A program made the translations under genes and the position numbers. Positions 10,170 to 18,203 of a stretch of 32,000 nucleotides of DNA are shown here, in pieces; position 1 is the first letter of the stretch, and the number at the start of each line of letters is the position of its first letter. Source of the DNA: Acaryochloris marina MBIC11017 (GTDB lineage Bacteria > Cyanobacteriota > Cyanobacteriia > Thermosynechococcales > Thermosynechococcaceae); NCBI RefSeq assembly GCF_000018105.1, contig NC_009925.1, positions 3,900,001 to 3,932,000 of the forward strand, written 5' to 3'. The notes under the pieces were generated by a model, which made no database searches, was not told the origin of the DNA, and saw only the letters and a program-made list of their open reading frames with translations.

Positions 10170-11318
10170 CTAGAGATCGACCGTCTTTCTAAACAAGGGA
10201 ATTGCTTTCAGGACTTGAACCGCTAATAACGTAACTGCTACGACACCAAGGCAATACAGCAAATTTGGCAACAAGTTTGTAGAGAATGGAATATTTTGAA
10301 AATATTTTATAGACACAGCACCGACAAACCGATGGAGCAGATAGATCCCAAACGTACTGGTCCCCACTACCACAAAGACAGAATTTAATAGCTTATTTCC
10401 ATAAGACAAACTGGACAGAAAATAAAAGCAGGCTGCTGACATAACCAATGTCATCATGGAATAGTATCCATTCCAAACCGTATCGTAGAAAGATTGACTA
10501 GAAACAGTTGTCATTACTCCATACAAAAATAAAGACACCCATGCCAATAAGAATGAAAATAGACTTATTTTCCTAAGAGAGATTGTCCGTTTAGCCCCTA
10601 TCTTATCCGGTGAAAATTGAGCAGAAAGAATGCCGCCCAAAATAAAATAAATATAGGTATAGGCGTACTGATTAAATGGATTGAGACCTGGGAAAAAGTT
10701 AAAACTGTTAGAGTTAATATAGTTAAAACCTAAGACTGTTTCAGCTATGTTCAAGATCGTATGAAGAAATAAACTACCAAATGAAAATATAAACACCACA
10801 AAACACAGTATTTTTAAAGTCAGCTTATTATCTTCCAAGTCATACACAGCCTTAATCACAGGGAACAATAAATAGACAGAAATTAAGGCTTGCAAAAACC
10901 ACAGATGGTTACTCACATGAACTTTCAGCAGGAACCATGCGCTCACAAATTCTTTAATGGAATAGGTTGCCCCATCAATAGGAATAAATAGAGTGAGCGA
11001 AATCAAGCTCCACAAATTCAACAATATATATAGATAAATCGTTTTTTTTATATGCTTTTCTAGCCGATAGGGCCGATTTAAGAGCAAAGCTCCATTGACC
11101 ATAAAAAATAATGGAACCGCCATACTGGAAAGGCCATAAAACAAATAATTGATATACACCCCTAGACCAGGGTTATTAATGATGTCCAGATTTAAGGCAT
11201 TGTAGTGATAGATGCAAACTAAAAAGATAGAGATCGTTTTTAACGCATCAAAGTAATAGATGCGTGTTTTGGGCTTCACTTGCAAATCTTGCATTTCAAA
11301 TTCACCTTGAATCGTCAA
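10170..11318 (-). CDS. Acyltransferase family 3 (membrane O-acyltransferase, PF01757-like)
   Basis: 382 aa with about 10 TM helices. The N-terminal RIYYFDALKTISIFLVCIYH matches the family signature (R..-.D.lk.....vv..H). Codon usage is strikingly AT-rich compared with the neighbours. Confidence 0.75.
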   Translation of the reverse strand: MTIQGEFEMQDLQVKPKTRIYYFDALKTISIFLVCIYHYNALNLDIINNPGLGVYINYLFYGLSSMAVPLFFMVNGALLLNRPYRLEKHIKKTIYLYILLNLWSLISLTLFIPIDGATYSIKEFVSAWFLLKVHVSNHLWFLQALISVYLLFPVIKAVYDLEDNKLTLKILCFVVFIFSFGSLFLHTILNIAETVLGFNYINSNSFNFFPGLNPFNQYAYTYIYFILGGILSAQFSPDKIGAKRTISLRKISLFSFLLAWVSLFLYGVMTTVSSQSFYDTVWNGYYSMMTLVMSAACFYFLSSLSYGNKLLNSVFVVVGTSTFGIYLLHRFVGAVSIKYFQNIPFSTNLLPNLLYCLGVVAVTLLAVQVLKAIPLFRKTVDL

Positions 11319-11357
11319 GTGACATCAGCTATGAGATGTATATGGGATGCAAAATTA

Positions 11358-11513
11358 TTATTTCACTAGGGAGTAGCCTTGTGGGCACATGGCATCACTA
11401 TGATGAAGACCTTGATTGTTCAAGCGAGGCGGCGAAGGGGCTGGAGCTACGGGTTGGTTAGAACGGCACACAATAGATAACGAGGAGGGTTGTGCTGTCT
11501 TTCGCTGGTCATT
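11358..11513 (-). pseudogene. 3' fragment of the pentapeptide/pilin-like gene split by the IS903-group element
   Basis: If the IS and one TSD copy are removed, the frame of ORF 12558..13046 continues ...GNDQ|RKTAQPSSLSIVCRSNQPVAPAPSPPRLNNQGLHHSDAMCPQGYSLVK* and reaches TAA at 11360-11358. Confidence 0.7.
11505..11513. repeat. Target-site duplication, left copy (CTGGTCATT)
   Basis: Identical 9-mer immediately outside both IS termini. 9 bp is the TSD size of IS903. Confidence 0.9.
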
Positions 11514-12572
11514 GGCGTTGTTGCATGAATAGGTGCTGCGGATTAGGCGCGGGCTAGAGTTTATGTACCACCAAAAACCGCTAGCCCATGAGTTACCAAA
11601 TCCGCAACTGGTCCGAGTATAACGCTGGTCTCAAACAGCGGGGAAGTGTGACCTTCTGGCTCGAACAATCAGCTATCGTTCATTGGCTAGAAACCACACC
11701 GAGACAAAAGCGGGGAGCCTCTCTGACCTATAGCGATACAGCAATCTCCACCTTCGAGACCGTCAAATGTATCTATGGTTTAGCAGGGCGTCAAACCGAA
11801 GGATTTCTAAATTCATTGTTTGAGTTGATGGGAATTGAGCTTCCCGTTTGTGACCACAGCACCGTCTCTCGGCGGAAAGGTCAGCTATCGATTTCATTGC
11901 CCGTTATACCTAAGCAAGGTGCCATTCACGTCGTTATCGATAGCACAGGGGTCAAAGTCTATGGTGAAGGAGAGTGGAAAACCAGGCAACATGGTGTGAG
12001 CAAACGTCGGACGTGGCGTAAACTTCACTTGAGTGTTGATGAGTCCACTGGAGAAATTCTCACGGGTGTCGTGACAACCAATGACGTTCAGGATGGTGAA
12101 GTGTTTGAAGATCTCCTTGAAGGCATCGACGATGAGATTGAACAGGTCTCTGCTGACGGAGCCTATGACCAAAGTCATTGCTATGATGCCCTCATGGAGC
12201 GCAATGCCACAGCTGCAATTCCCCCAAGGAAGAATGCCAAAATTTGGCAACATGGAAACTGCAATGCTCCACCCCATCCACGAGATCAAAATCTCAGAGC
12301 CATCCGAAAACAGGGACGAAAGAGGTGGAAAAAACAAGCCCACTATCATCGGCGGTCTCTAGCTGAAACGACGATGTTTCGCTTCAAAACTATCTTTGGG
12401 GGTCAGGTACGTTCCCGTAACTTTGATAATCAAGCCACAGAGTTACTCCTGCAGTGTGCGGCACTCAATCGAATGATTCAGATCGCCAAACCCGAGACTG
12501 TTTGGGTTGAAGCTTAAGAATAACGAGGAGAGGCAATTCATCTAGCCTTTACGCGATTCATGCAACAAAGCC
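11514..12572 (+). mobile_element. Complete IS5-family, IS903-group insertion sequence (1059 bp)
   Basis: IRL is GGCGTTGTTGCATGAAT (11514-11530). IRR reverse complement is GGCTTTGTTGCATGAAT (12572-12556). Compare the IS903 IR, GGCTTTGTTGAATAAATCG. It has a single 309-aa transposase and a perfect 9-bp TSD. Confidence 0.9.
11588..12517 (+). CDS. IS5-family (IS903-group) DDE transposase
   Basis: 309 aa. The N-terminus MSYQIRNWSEYNAGLKQRGSVTFWL is the hallmark NW..YN..L..RGS.TFW of IS903-like transposases. DDE region: VVIDSTGVKV ... VSADGAYD ... AETTMFRFK. Confidence 0.92.
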   Translation: MSYQIRNWSEYNAGLKQRGSVTFWLEQSAIVHWLETTPRQKRGASLTYSDTAISTFETVKCIYGLAGRQTEGFLNSLFELMGIELPVCDHSTVSRRKGQLSISLPVIPKQGAIHVVIDSTGVKVYGEGEWKTRQHGVSKRRTWRKLHLSVDESTGEILTGVVTTNDVQDGEVFEDLLEGIDDEIEQVSADGAYDQSHCYDALMERNATAAIPPRKNAKIWQHGNCNAPPHPRDQNLRAIRKQGRKRWKKQAHYHRRSLAETTMFRFKTIFGGQVRSRNFDNQATELLLQCAALNRMIQIAKPETVWVEA

Positions 12573-12581
12573 CTGGTCATT
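12573..12581. repeat. Target-site duplication, right copy (CTGGTCATT)
   Basis: See the left copy at 11505-11513. Confidence 0.9.
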
Positions 12582-13094
12582 TCCAAAGCCGAAAGTTGGA
12601 CTTTCCAAGCCCCGCCAAACAAAACCGATATAGCTTTGCCACTGCGGTTTGTGGGGAAGGGCCGCAATCCATACTGCTTGGTTTTGCCCCGACGGTAATA
12701 CATCTGACTGGGGAGCTTTCAGAGCAAACATCTTGAATTTATAGTTTGTTGTGAATCGCTTAGCATCAACCTGCAGCTCACCTATGTCAAGCGCAAATCG
12801 ATCATGCTCCAGATAAAAAGCCTGCTGTGTCCGCAGGATATAGCCAAGGGTTGAGCGGCCACCCAGCTCAATTACCCGAGTCGCTTGAGTCTGCAATCTG
12901 GCGTGCATCTGATCAATACCATGTTGCAACTCTCTTCTCACTGTAGAGCTCTCGATATAGTTACTCTTTAAGCTAGCCGGTTTGATGTCTCCTAAGGATG
13001 TACCAAAGAAAAGAGCATTGCTTAAGTTGGCGTTGCTCAAGTTCACTCCCTCTAACTCTGCCGAACGGAAATCAGCCCCCTCAAGGCGAACATC
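12573..13094 (-). pseudogene. Central fragment of a pentapeptide-repeat / type IV pilin-like (G/H-type) protein gene, cut at both ends by IS elements
   Basis: The frame reads ...DVRLEGADFRSAELEGVNLSNANLSNALFFG (pentapeptide repeats), then ...STLGYILRTQQAFYLEHDRFALDIGELQVD..TNYKFKM.., which resembles cyanobacterial pilin-like G/H domains. The 5' side ends at the IS3 terminus (13095). The 3' side runs into the IS903-like IRR, where the ORF-track stop at 12558 is IS sequence. Confidence 0.6.
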
Positions 13095-13989
13095 TGAAGT
13101 GAACCCCTATATTCGGACAGGGCAATAGATGAATTAAGCGCTATCCTCCTTATTCATACAATAGTGATTGTTCTGTTGTCTCCACTGCTGCTCATATTCA
13201 CAGGGTGTCAAATACCCCAGTGATGAATGAATCCGCTTATGCATATACACATCTTCTAGAAACTGCTCAATGTGCTCATACGCTTCAGTAAAATTTCGAT
13301 AGTCTGATAAATCGACCTCTTCTTCTTTTATCGTTCTCATCAATCGCTCAGCATAGCCATTTTGCCAAGCCTGTCCCACCTCGGCCATACTGATTTGCAC
13401 TTGGTGTTGTTGGAGCAATTGCATATAGGCTGCAGCGGCATACTGAACCCCTTGGTCAGAATGGTGAATCTCAGGCGTTGCCCGCTCCAACGCCTTGTTC
13501 AACGCCCTCAACGTTAGTTGCTGGTCGATATGGCGGGACAGATGCCAGCCACGAATGGCGCGAGTAAAGACATCCATCACGACGGCCAAATAGACAAACT
13601 CCTGCTGTAAGCGAATGTACGTGATGTCCGCCACCCACACCTGCTCAGGATGGTCGATGGAGAGATTCAACACTCGATTGCCATAGCGAGGGAACGAATG
13701 TTCGCTATTGGTGGTGCGTTTGCGTTTGACTTTGGTCTTGGCCATAATCCCTATCTGTCGCATTAGTCGAGCCACGCGTTTATGGTTAACGCAATACCCC
13801 TGACGCTGCAGTTGGGCGGTGATTCGACGATAGCCATAAGTCGGATAGGCTCCAGCAACTCCAGCAATGGCCGCTTTTAGTTCGCTCTCATCTGGTTGGC
13901 CTCTGGCATGGTAATACACTTGAGAGCGTGGGTAATTGAGTACCTGACAAATTTGGCGAATGGAATAGTCCTGCTGCAACTGTCTCACC
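13095..13989 (-). mobile_element. IS3-family element, 3' portion only (5' part with OrfA missing)
   Basis: The terminus TGAAGTGAACCCCTATATTCGGACAGG (13095 onward) resembles IS3-family IRs (TG...CCCCTATATT..GACA, as in IS2). It lies 39 nt beyond the OrfB stop. The element is cut at 13989/13990 by the IS50-like end. Confidence 0.7.
13134..13988 (-). CDS. IS3-family transposase OrfB (HTH_21 + rve integrase core); no OrfA or frameshift region, so probably non-functional
   Basis: 284 aa. DDE triad contexts: VWVADITYI, IHHSDQGVQYAA, NGYAERLMRTIKEE. The track's GTG start is only the first in-frame start after the truncation point. Confidence 0.85.
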   Translation of the reverse strand: MRQLQQDYSIRQICQVLNYPRSQVYYHARGQPDESELKAAIAGVAGAYPTYGYRRITAQLQRQGYCVNHKRVARLMRQIGIMAKTKVKRKRTTNSEHSFPRYGNRVLNLSIDHPEQVWVADITYIRLQQEFVYLAVVMDVFTRAIRGWHLSRHIDQQLTLRALNKALERATPEIHHSDQGVQYAAAAYMQLLQQHQVQISMAEVGQAWQNGYAERLMRTIKEEEVDLSDYRNFTEAYEHIEQFLEDVYMHKRIHSSLGYLTPCEYEQQWRQQNNHYCMNKEDSA

Positions 13990-15519
13990 CTGACTTTTCC
14001 CGCTAAGTCTCCTGGGTCGCTAACTGCCAGCCCTCGACTAGGAGATTTAACTTAGCCCATCCTTTCCAAAGCACTTGAATCCCCATCGGTGTGTTGCGAC
14101 GATGCTCCAGATATCCTCCAAGTCGTGCAACTGCTTTCACTGCCCATGCAACCGTGAGGTTTTTGGGAACCTTCGATGTCTTCGCTCTGAGAACTTTAAT
14201 CTGTAAAGGTGTGACGACATCTTGAGCAGGCCGTTGAGGGGATGTGCGTTCTAAGTAGGTCCAGCGTAACAGTTCTACAGCAGTGACACACAGGAATCCT
14301 AATAAGGTTTTCATCCCCTCAGCAGCCAAACGATACCGCTCCACCTGAGTCCCCGATTTGAGAATTTTGTGATATTCCTCCACTCTCCACCTGTACGTGT
14401 ACCAGCGCAAAATGGTCTGAGCCATTTCCATAGTGGTGACTGCTTCACTCGTGAGCAACATCCATGACACTGGGTCTTCATCCTCTGGGGGATCTACTTC
14501 TGTGGCATAGACGGCGTATACCTGGAGGGGATGACTATCAGCTAGACGGGTAGGTCGCTGCAGTTGGACGAGACAACAGCGCACCACTAGCTTGGCTATA
14601 CGTGCACTCCGGTCTTTCGTTTTGGGTAAGTCAATTTCATACTCGAATTGAATACTTTGGGCTTCCAGTTTTTTCCACAGTCGATTGGGGTCTTGCTCAA
14701 GCCGACGATTATGTGAGGCTCTAACCACAACCCCTGTGTTGTTGAGGTGATTGAGCCGCTCAAACACTTCGGCAATATCTCCTTCTCGGTCAAACACATG
14801 AATGGAACGAGTAGAAGGACTCACTATCTTTTCTACGGCTTGCATCGCTTCGACCCACCGATAGGATGCCTTTTGTTCAAAGGGTCGGTTCCGAGAAGTT
14901 TGTCGCGCCTTTGCCTGACGCTTCTTCTTTTGTCGAGGGGTTTCCTTTTTCGGAGGCTGGGGTCGATGCTGACGATTCCATACCTTTTGCCATAGCAACC
15001 CCAATGGTTGGCCTTGCTCGGGGTCAACAGCTAAGGCACTGTGGAGCAATAAGCCATTCCCCCCATTGCCTTGAGGACCATAGCCTTGACGCTTCTTCTT
15101 GATGCCTCCGTAGTCTAAAAAGCTCGTATCACCCACGCACAAGGTAATCTCTTCCTCGGTGATGGCATGGGCAGTTGCATGGCAATGAGGAGTAATGATT
15201 TGAGAGAAGTTGGTTTTCACATTAGCGAAAACTCATAAGAGCGTTTGAGATCTGTTGCAGTCTTGAAAATGCTCAACAGGGCTTGGCCGAAGTTTGCACT
15301 AATCGCTTGACCAATTTTGAGAGCTCGATGGGTCAAGCGCTGATGGTCTACGACCGACCTTCGGTCATCGTTGAATTGACACTCAGCAAAATTCTTCTTC
15401 CACCATGTCTGCATCCTAATCATCTCCAAACTCAGGATTTGGTCATCGTAGCTGAATGGAGAACAATTCCCTACAATCGCAATGGGGAAAGCGCTCTAGA
15501 ATTTACCGTGAAAAGTCAG
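13990..15519 (-). mobile_element. IS4-family, IS50(Tn5)-like insertion sequence (1530 bp) with frameshifted transposase
   Basis: The ends read inward as CTGACTTTTCCCGCTAAGT (13990 onward) and CTGACTTTTCACGGTAAAT (reverse complement of 15519 and below), matching at 16 of 19 positions. Compare the Tn5 OE, CTGACTCTTATACACAAGT. The transposase start is about 91-97 nt from one end and the stop is 13 nt from the other, as in IS50 (1534 bp). Confidence 0.8.
14003..15429 (-). pseudogene. Tn5/IS50-like transposase split by a 1-nt frameshift
   Basis: The N-terminal 70-aa ORF (15217..15429, ..WWKKNFAECQFNDDRRSVV..) and the 405-aa ORF (14003..15220) together are colinear with Tn5 Tnp: VFDREGDIAEVF ~ VCDREADIHAYL; YTYRWRVEEYHKILKSG ~ YTHRWRIEEFHKAWKTG; AVARLGGYLEHRR ~ AIARLGGFMDSKR. 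Adding one T to the T4 run at 15228-15231 (coding strand) restores ..SYEFFANVKTNFSQII.. Confidence 0.85.
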
Positions 15520-15689
15520 TCTGTGGAGGAGTGTGAGGAAATTTTGAGAGCTGTGGAAAGGACTAGGGGGCTAGATTGCGAGTTGATCCATCAAACCTTC
15601 TTAGATGAATTTGTGGATAAGGTCCACACGTATCAACGACGGCTGCTCACAAAAAGTTGAGGGTTTGGTTGTGTTTCATCTGTCACCTG

Positions 15690-17018
15690 CTAGGGGACAT
15701 AATCCACATAAGTTTTTCCTGCTGTATCTTGCAGGCTGGGAGCAGCACCAGAAAATAGTAACAGTTGCATCAATATAGAATCATTAGTTGGGGCAGCTAG
15801 CATCAAGGGAGTTCTGCCTTGTAGATCCTGAGAGTTAACCTCTGAACAAAATTGCAACAATAACCTGATTACTTGTATTGCATTACGTCTTCGCGCCTCC
15901 CGTGATGGACGCACAAAAAATTCTGGTACATCAATAATTTGCTTGAAGTAAGTGTTAATCGCAATCATCAATGGCGTCATGCCCTTATGATTTGCTTTAA
16001 CATCAGCGCCTGCACGCAGTAATGCTTCGACGATTTCGGGATGGTGAGGGAAATTACCTCTAGATGCCATCAGCAGTGGCGTTGCATGAAAACAGTCTTC
16101 ATCCTGCAGTTCATAATCAATGCCAGCATCCAGTAGAACATGGACAACGCCTATCGATTCTTGGTCAATTGCCGTATGGAGTAACGTATAACCCTTATCG
16201 GTATACAGATTAATATCAATTCCACTCGCAATCAGTTCTTGGAGGCGAGTAATATCGTTTTCTGCAACTGCCTTAAGACAATCAGAAATGCATGGATCTT
16301 CACGCCTGCTTTTTCTGATAATCCCAATCTGTAAAGTGTCTTGTAAATCATCAATGGCAGAGTAATCAAAAAATTCAAGCTGGTGAGTGCAAAAATTAAC
16401 TAGGTAGCTAAAAATCTCTGCTTCACCACTAATTGCGGCATGGTGCAATGCCAATTCTATATTCAGTAACTCAGGATTGAGCGATTGATGAATCGCAGAT
16501 TCAGTGAGGAGCTTGACTCCTTCTAAATGGCCCTTATCAGCAGCTATTCCCAGAAGATTATAAAAATCATCAATCTCGATATTGATATCTGCGCCAGAAT
16601 TAATTAGAAATTCTGCGATATGAAGATGATTTGAATTTATAGCGGCCCATAGTGGAGATTCATAGCCGCTTAGATTAATATTTGCTCCTGCCTGAATCAG
16701 AAATTTGACGATGTCTAACCGTCCTAGACGACACGCTTGGGTTAGCGGATACTCATCTTGCAGATCATATTTCCAATTAATGGACAGCTCTAAATGAATC
16801 AGCAGTTGAATGGTGTGAAGGCTCCCGGCTGATATTGCCTCTGTTAAAAAAACAGGGCCGTATGTCGCGACATCTATCTTGTTCTTATGGAGCAAATTAT
16901 GGAAATGATGAGCCTGATCTTCGTGAATCGCTTGATATAGCTGCTCACCTATCTGACCATCCAGATTGAAATTGATTTTGAGAGCCAAGGTCTGCCACGA
17001 GGCTTCAGTCTTGCTCAT
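15690..17018 (-). CDS. Ankyrin-repeat protein (ANK2, about 10 repeats in two blocks)
   Basis: 442 aa. It has many canonical repeats, for example YPLTQACRLGRLDIVKFLIQAGANINL, ESPLWAAINSNHLHIAEFLINSGADINI, YTLLHTAIDQESIGVVHVLLDAGIDYEL and RTPLMLAAPTNDSILMQLLLFSGAAPSL. There is no signal peptide or TM helix. The start overlaps the ANK1 stop (ATGA at 17018). Confidence 0.9.
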   Translation of the reverse strand: MSKTEASWQTLALKINFNLDGQIGEQLYQAIHEDQAHHFHNLLHKNKIDVATYGPVFLTEAISAGSLHTIQLLIHLELSINWKYDLQDEYPLTQACRLGRLDIVKFLIQAGANINLSGYESPLWAAINSNHLHIAEFLINSGADINIEIDDFYNLLGIAADKGHLEGVKLLTESAIHQSLNPELLNIELALHHAAISGEAEIFSYLVNFCTHQLEFFDYSAIDDLQDTLQIGIIRKSRREDPCISDCLKAVAENDITRLQELIASGIDINLYTDKGYTLLHTAIDQESIGVVHVLLDAGIDYELQDEDCFHATPLLMASRGNFPHHPEIVEALLRAGADVKANHKGMTPLMIAINTYFKQIIDVPEFFVRPSREARRRNAIQVIRLLLQFCSEVNSQDLQGRTPLMLAAPTNDSILMQLLLFSGAAPSLQDTAGKTYVDYVP

Positions 17019-18166
17019 CAGAATGGTATCTCGTCAAATTCAATATCAAACCTGCCCACAGCACCTGCACGTCTGAGCAGCTCAACGATTTCTGGAAACT
17101 TGCCTTGTCTTGCCGTTTCAAGTGCAGTAGCTCCGGTTTCATTGCGAGCGTTAACATCCAAGCCAGCATCCACTAGGATTTGAGCTGAATCAATGCTGTT
17201 AAAACATGCAGCTTCTATCAAATCATTAATCTCTAGCGTTGCTCCGGCATGGATTAAAGCTTGAACGATGTCGGCATGGTTCCCAATGACAGCTAGATAG
17301 AGGGGAGAGACCTCTGAATCTGAGCAAACCTCTAGATTTGCCCCCGCTTGGATAAGAAGATTAACCACTGCTAACTGTCCCCGTGTAGCAGCGACATGTA
17401 ATGCATTTTCACCATTTGCATTTAGCTTATTAATATCCGCTCCTTCCGCAAGCATACGGATAAGATCAGAAATATTTCCTTGGGCCACCGCTGCAGCAAA
17501 TCTGTGAGTCAGGGTGTCACGCAGTCGCTCTTGGTATAACAGACCTATAGGCAGTACAGATTGCGAATATTGCCGTTGTTCTTCGCCATCTGTGAGGGCA
17601 TATAGATAATCAAAAATTTTTTGATGTCCTGAATAGGCAGCCATCACCAGGGCTGAATTGCCATCATTGTCCACAATATTTGCATCTGCCCCGACTGAAA
17701 TCAGATACCTCACCCAGGCGAGTTTTCCCGTAGCCGCCGCCATCAGCGATGTACGTCCAGACTCACTGAGAGTATTGACGTTGATGCCAGCCTCGACTAA
17801 TAAGCCAGCCATGTCAAATCGATCTGCCCGCATCGCTTCAGTTAAGGGTTGCCCGAGGCAAGCTACATTGGGGTTCGCTCCATGACCAAGCAATATTTGC
17901 AAGATCTCAATATTGCCCACTTGAATAGCGGACAAAATCGGAGCACTTTCACAGCATGCAGTTTGATTGACATCGGTTCCAGCGTCAATCAACACCTGCA
18001 CCCCTTCTAACCAATTACGATCAATAGCATTGATTACAAGAGTTGTTTCTCTCTCAAGATCAAGGTGATTGATCTCTATTCCGATGGTCAGTTGTTGCTG
18101 GAAACCCAATAGGTCATGCTGCTGAATGCACTGAAATAGAGTATCCCAATGATTGATATCTACCAT
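17018..18166 (-). CDS. Ankyrin-repeat protein (ANK1, about 11 repeats in blocks of 6 + 5)
   Basis: 382 aa. Example repeats: RTSLMAAATGKLAWVRYLISVGADANI, NSALVMAAYSGHQKIFDYL, ENALHVAATRGQLAVVNLLIQAGANLEV, VSPLYLAVIGNHADIVQALIHAGATLEI. A non-ANK linker (TDGEEQRQYSQSVLPIGLLYQERLRD) separates the blocks. There is an acidic/hydrophobic C-terminal tail, FDIEFDEIPF. No signal peptide. Confidence 0.9.
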   Translation of the reverse strand: MVDINHWDTLFQCIQQHDLLGFQQQLTIGIEINHLDLERETTLVINAIDRNWLEGVQVLIDAGTDVNQTACCESAPILSAIQVGNIEILQILLGHGANPNVACLGQPLTEAMRADRFDMAGLLVEAGINVNTLSESGRTSLMAAATGKLAWVRYLISVGADANIVDNDGNSALVMAAYSGHQKIFDYLYALTDGEEQRQYSQSVLPIGLLYQERLRDTLTHRFAAAVAQGNISDLIRMLAEGADINKLNANGENALHVAATRGQLAVVNLLIQAGANLEVCSDSEVSPLYLAVIGNHADIVQALIHAGATLEINDLIEAACFNSIDSAQILVDAGLDVNARNETGATALETARQGKFPEIVELLRRAGAVGRFDIEFDEIPF

Positions 18167-18203
18167 TGTTGGTTATGGTGAACCGGATGCCGACTGATCT
18201 AAC

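Noticed and set aside
11894-12349. 151-aa and other ORFs antisense to or out of frame with the IS903-group transposase; similar shadows at 1416..1703, 1910..2197, 27227..27658, 29510..29707 and 30358..30594
   Set aside because: All lie inside genes whose own frames show strong family motifs. Antisense ORFs are expected in repeat-rich (pentapeptide) and GC-balanced genes.
11477-12530. 11-mer ATAACGAGGAG present both 27 nt outside IRL (11477-11487) and inside the IS near IRR (12520-12530)
   Set aside because: Over a hundred identical 11-mer pairs are expected by chance in 32 kb, and I found no extended similarity around the copies.
15217-15235. Programmed ribosomal frameshifting as the explanation for the split Tn5-like transposase
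   Set aside because: IS4/IS50-type transposases are made from a single ORF. No slippery heptamer plus downstream structure is evident. A homopolymer indel is the simpler explanation.
15283-15660. 125-aa plus-strand ORF from the track
   Set aside because: It starts antisense to the IS50-like transposase N-terminus and crosses the IS terminus at 15519, so as a whole it is a chimeric artefact. Only the part outside the IS is kept as a possible gene remnant.
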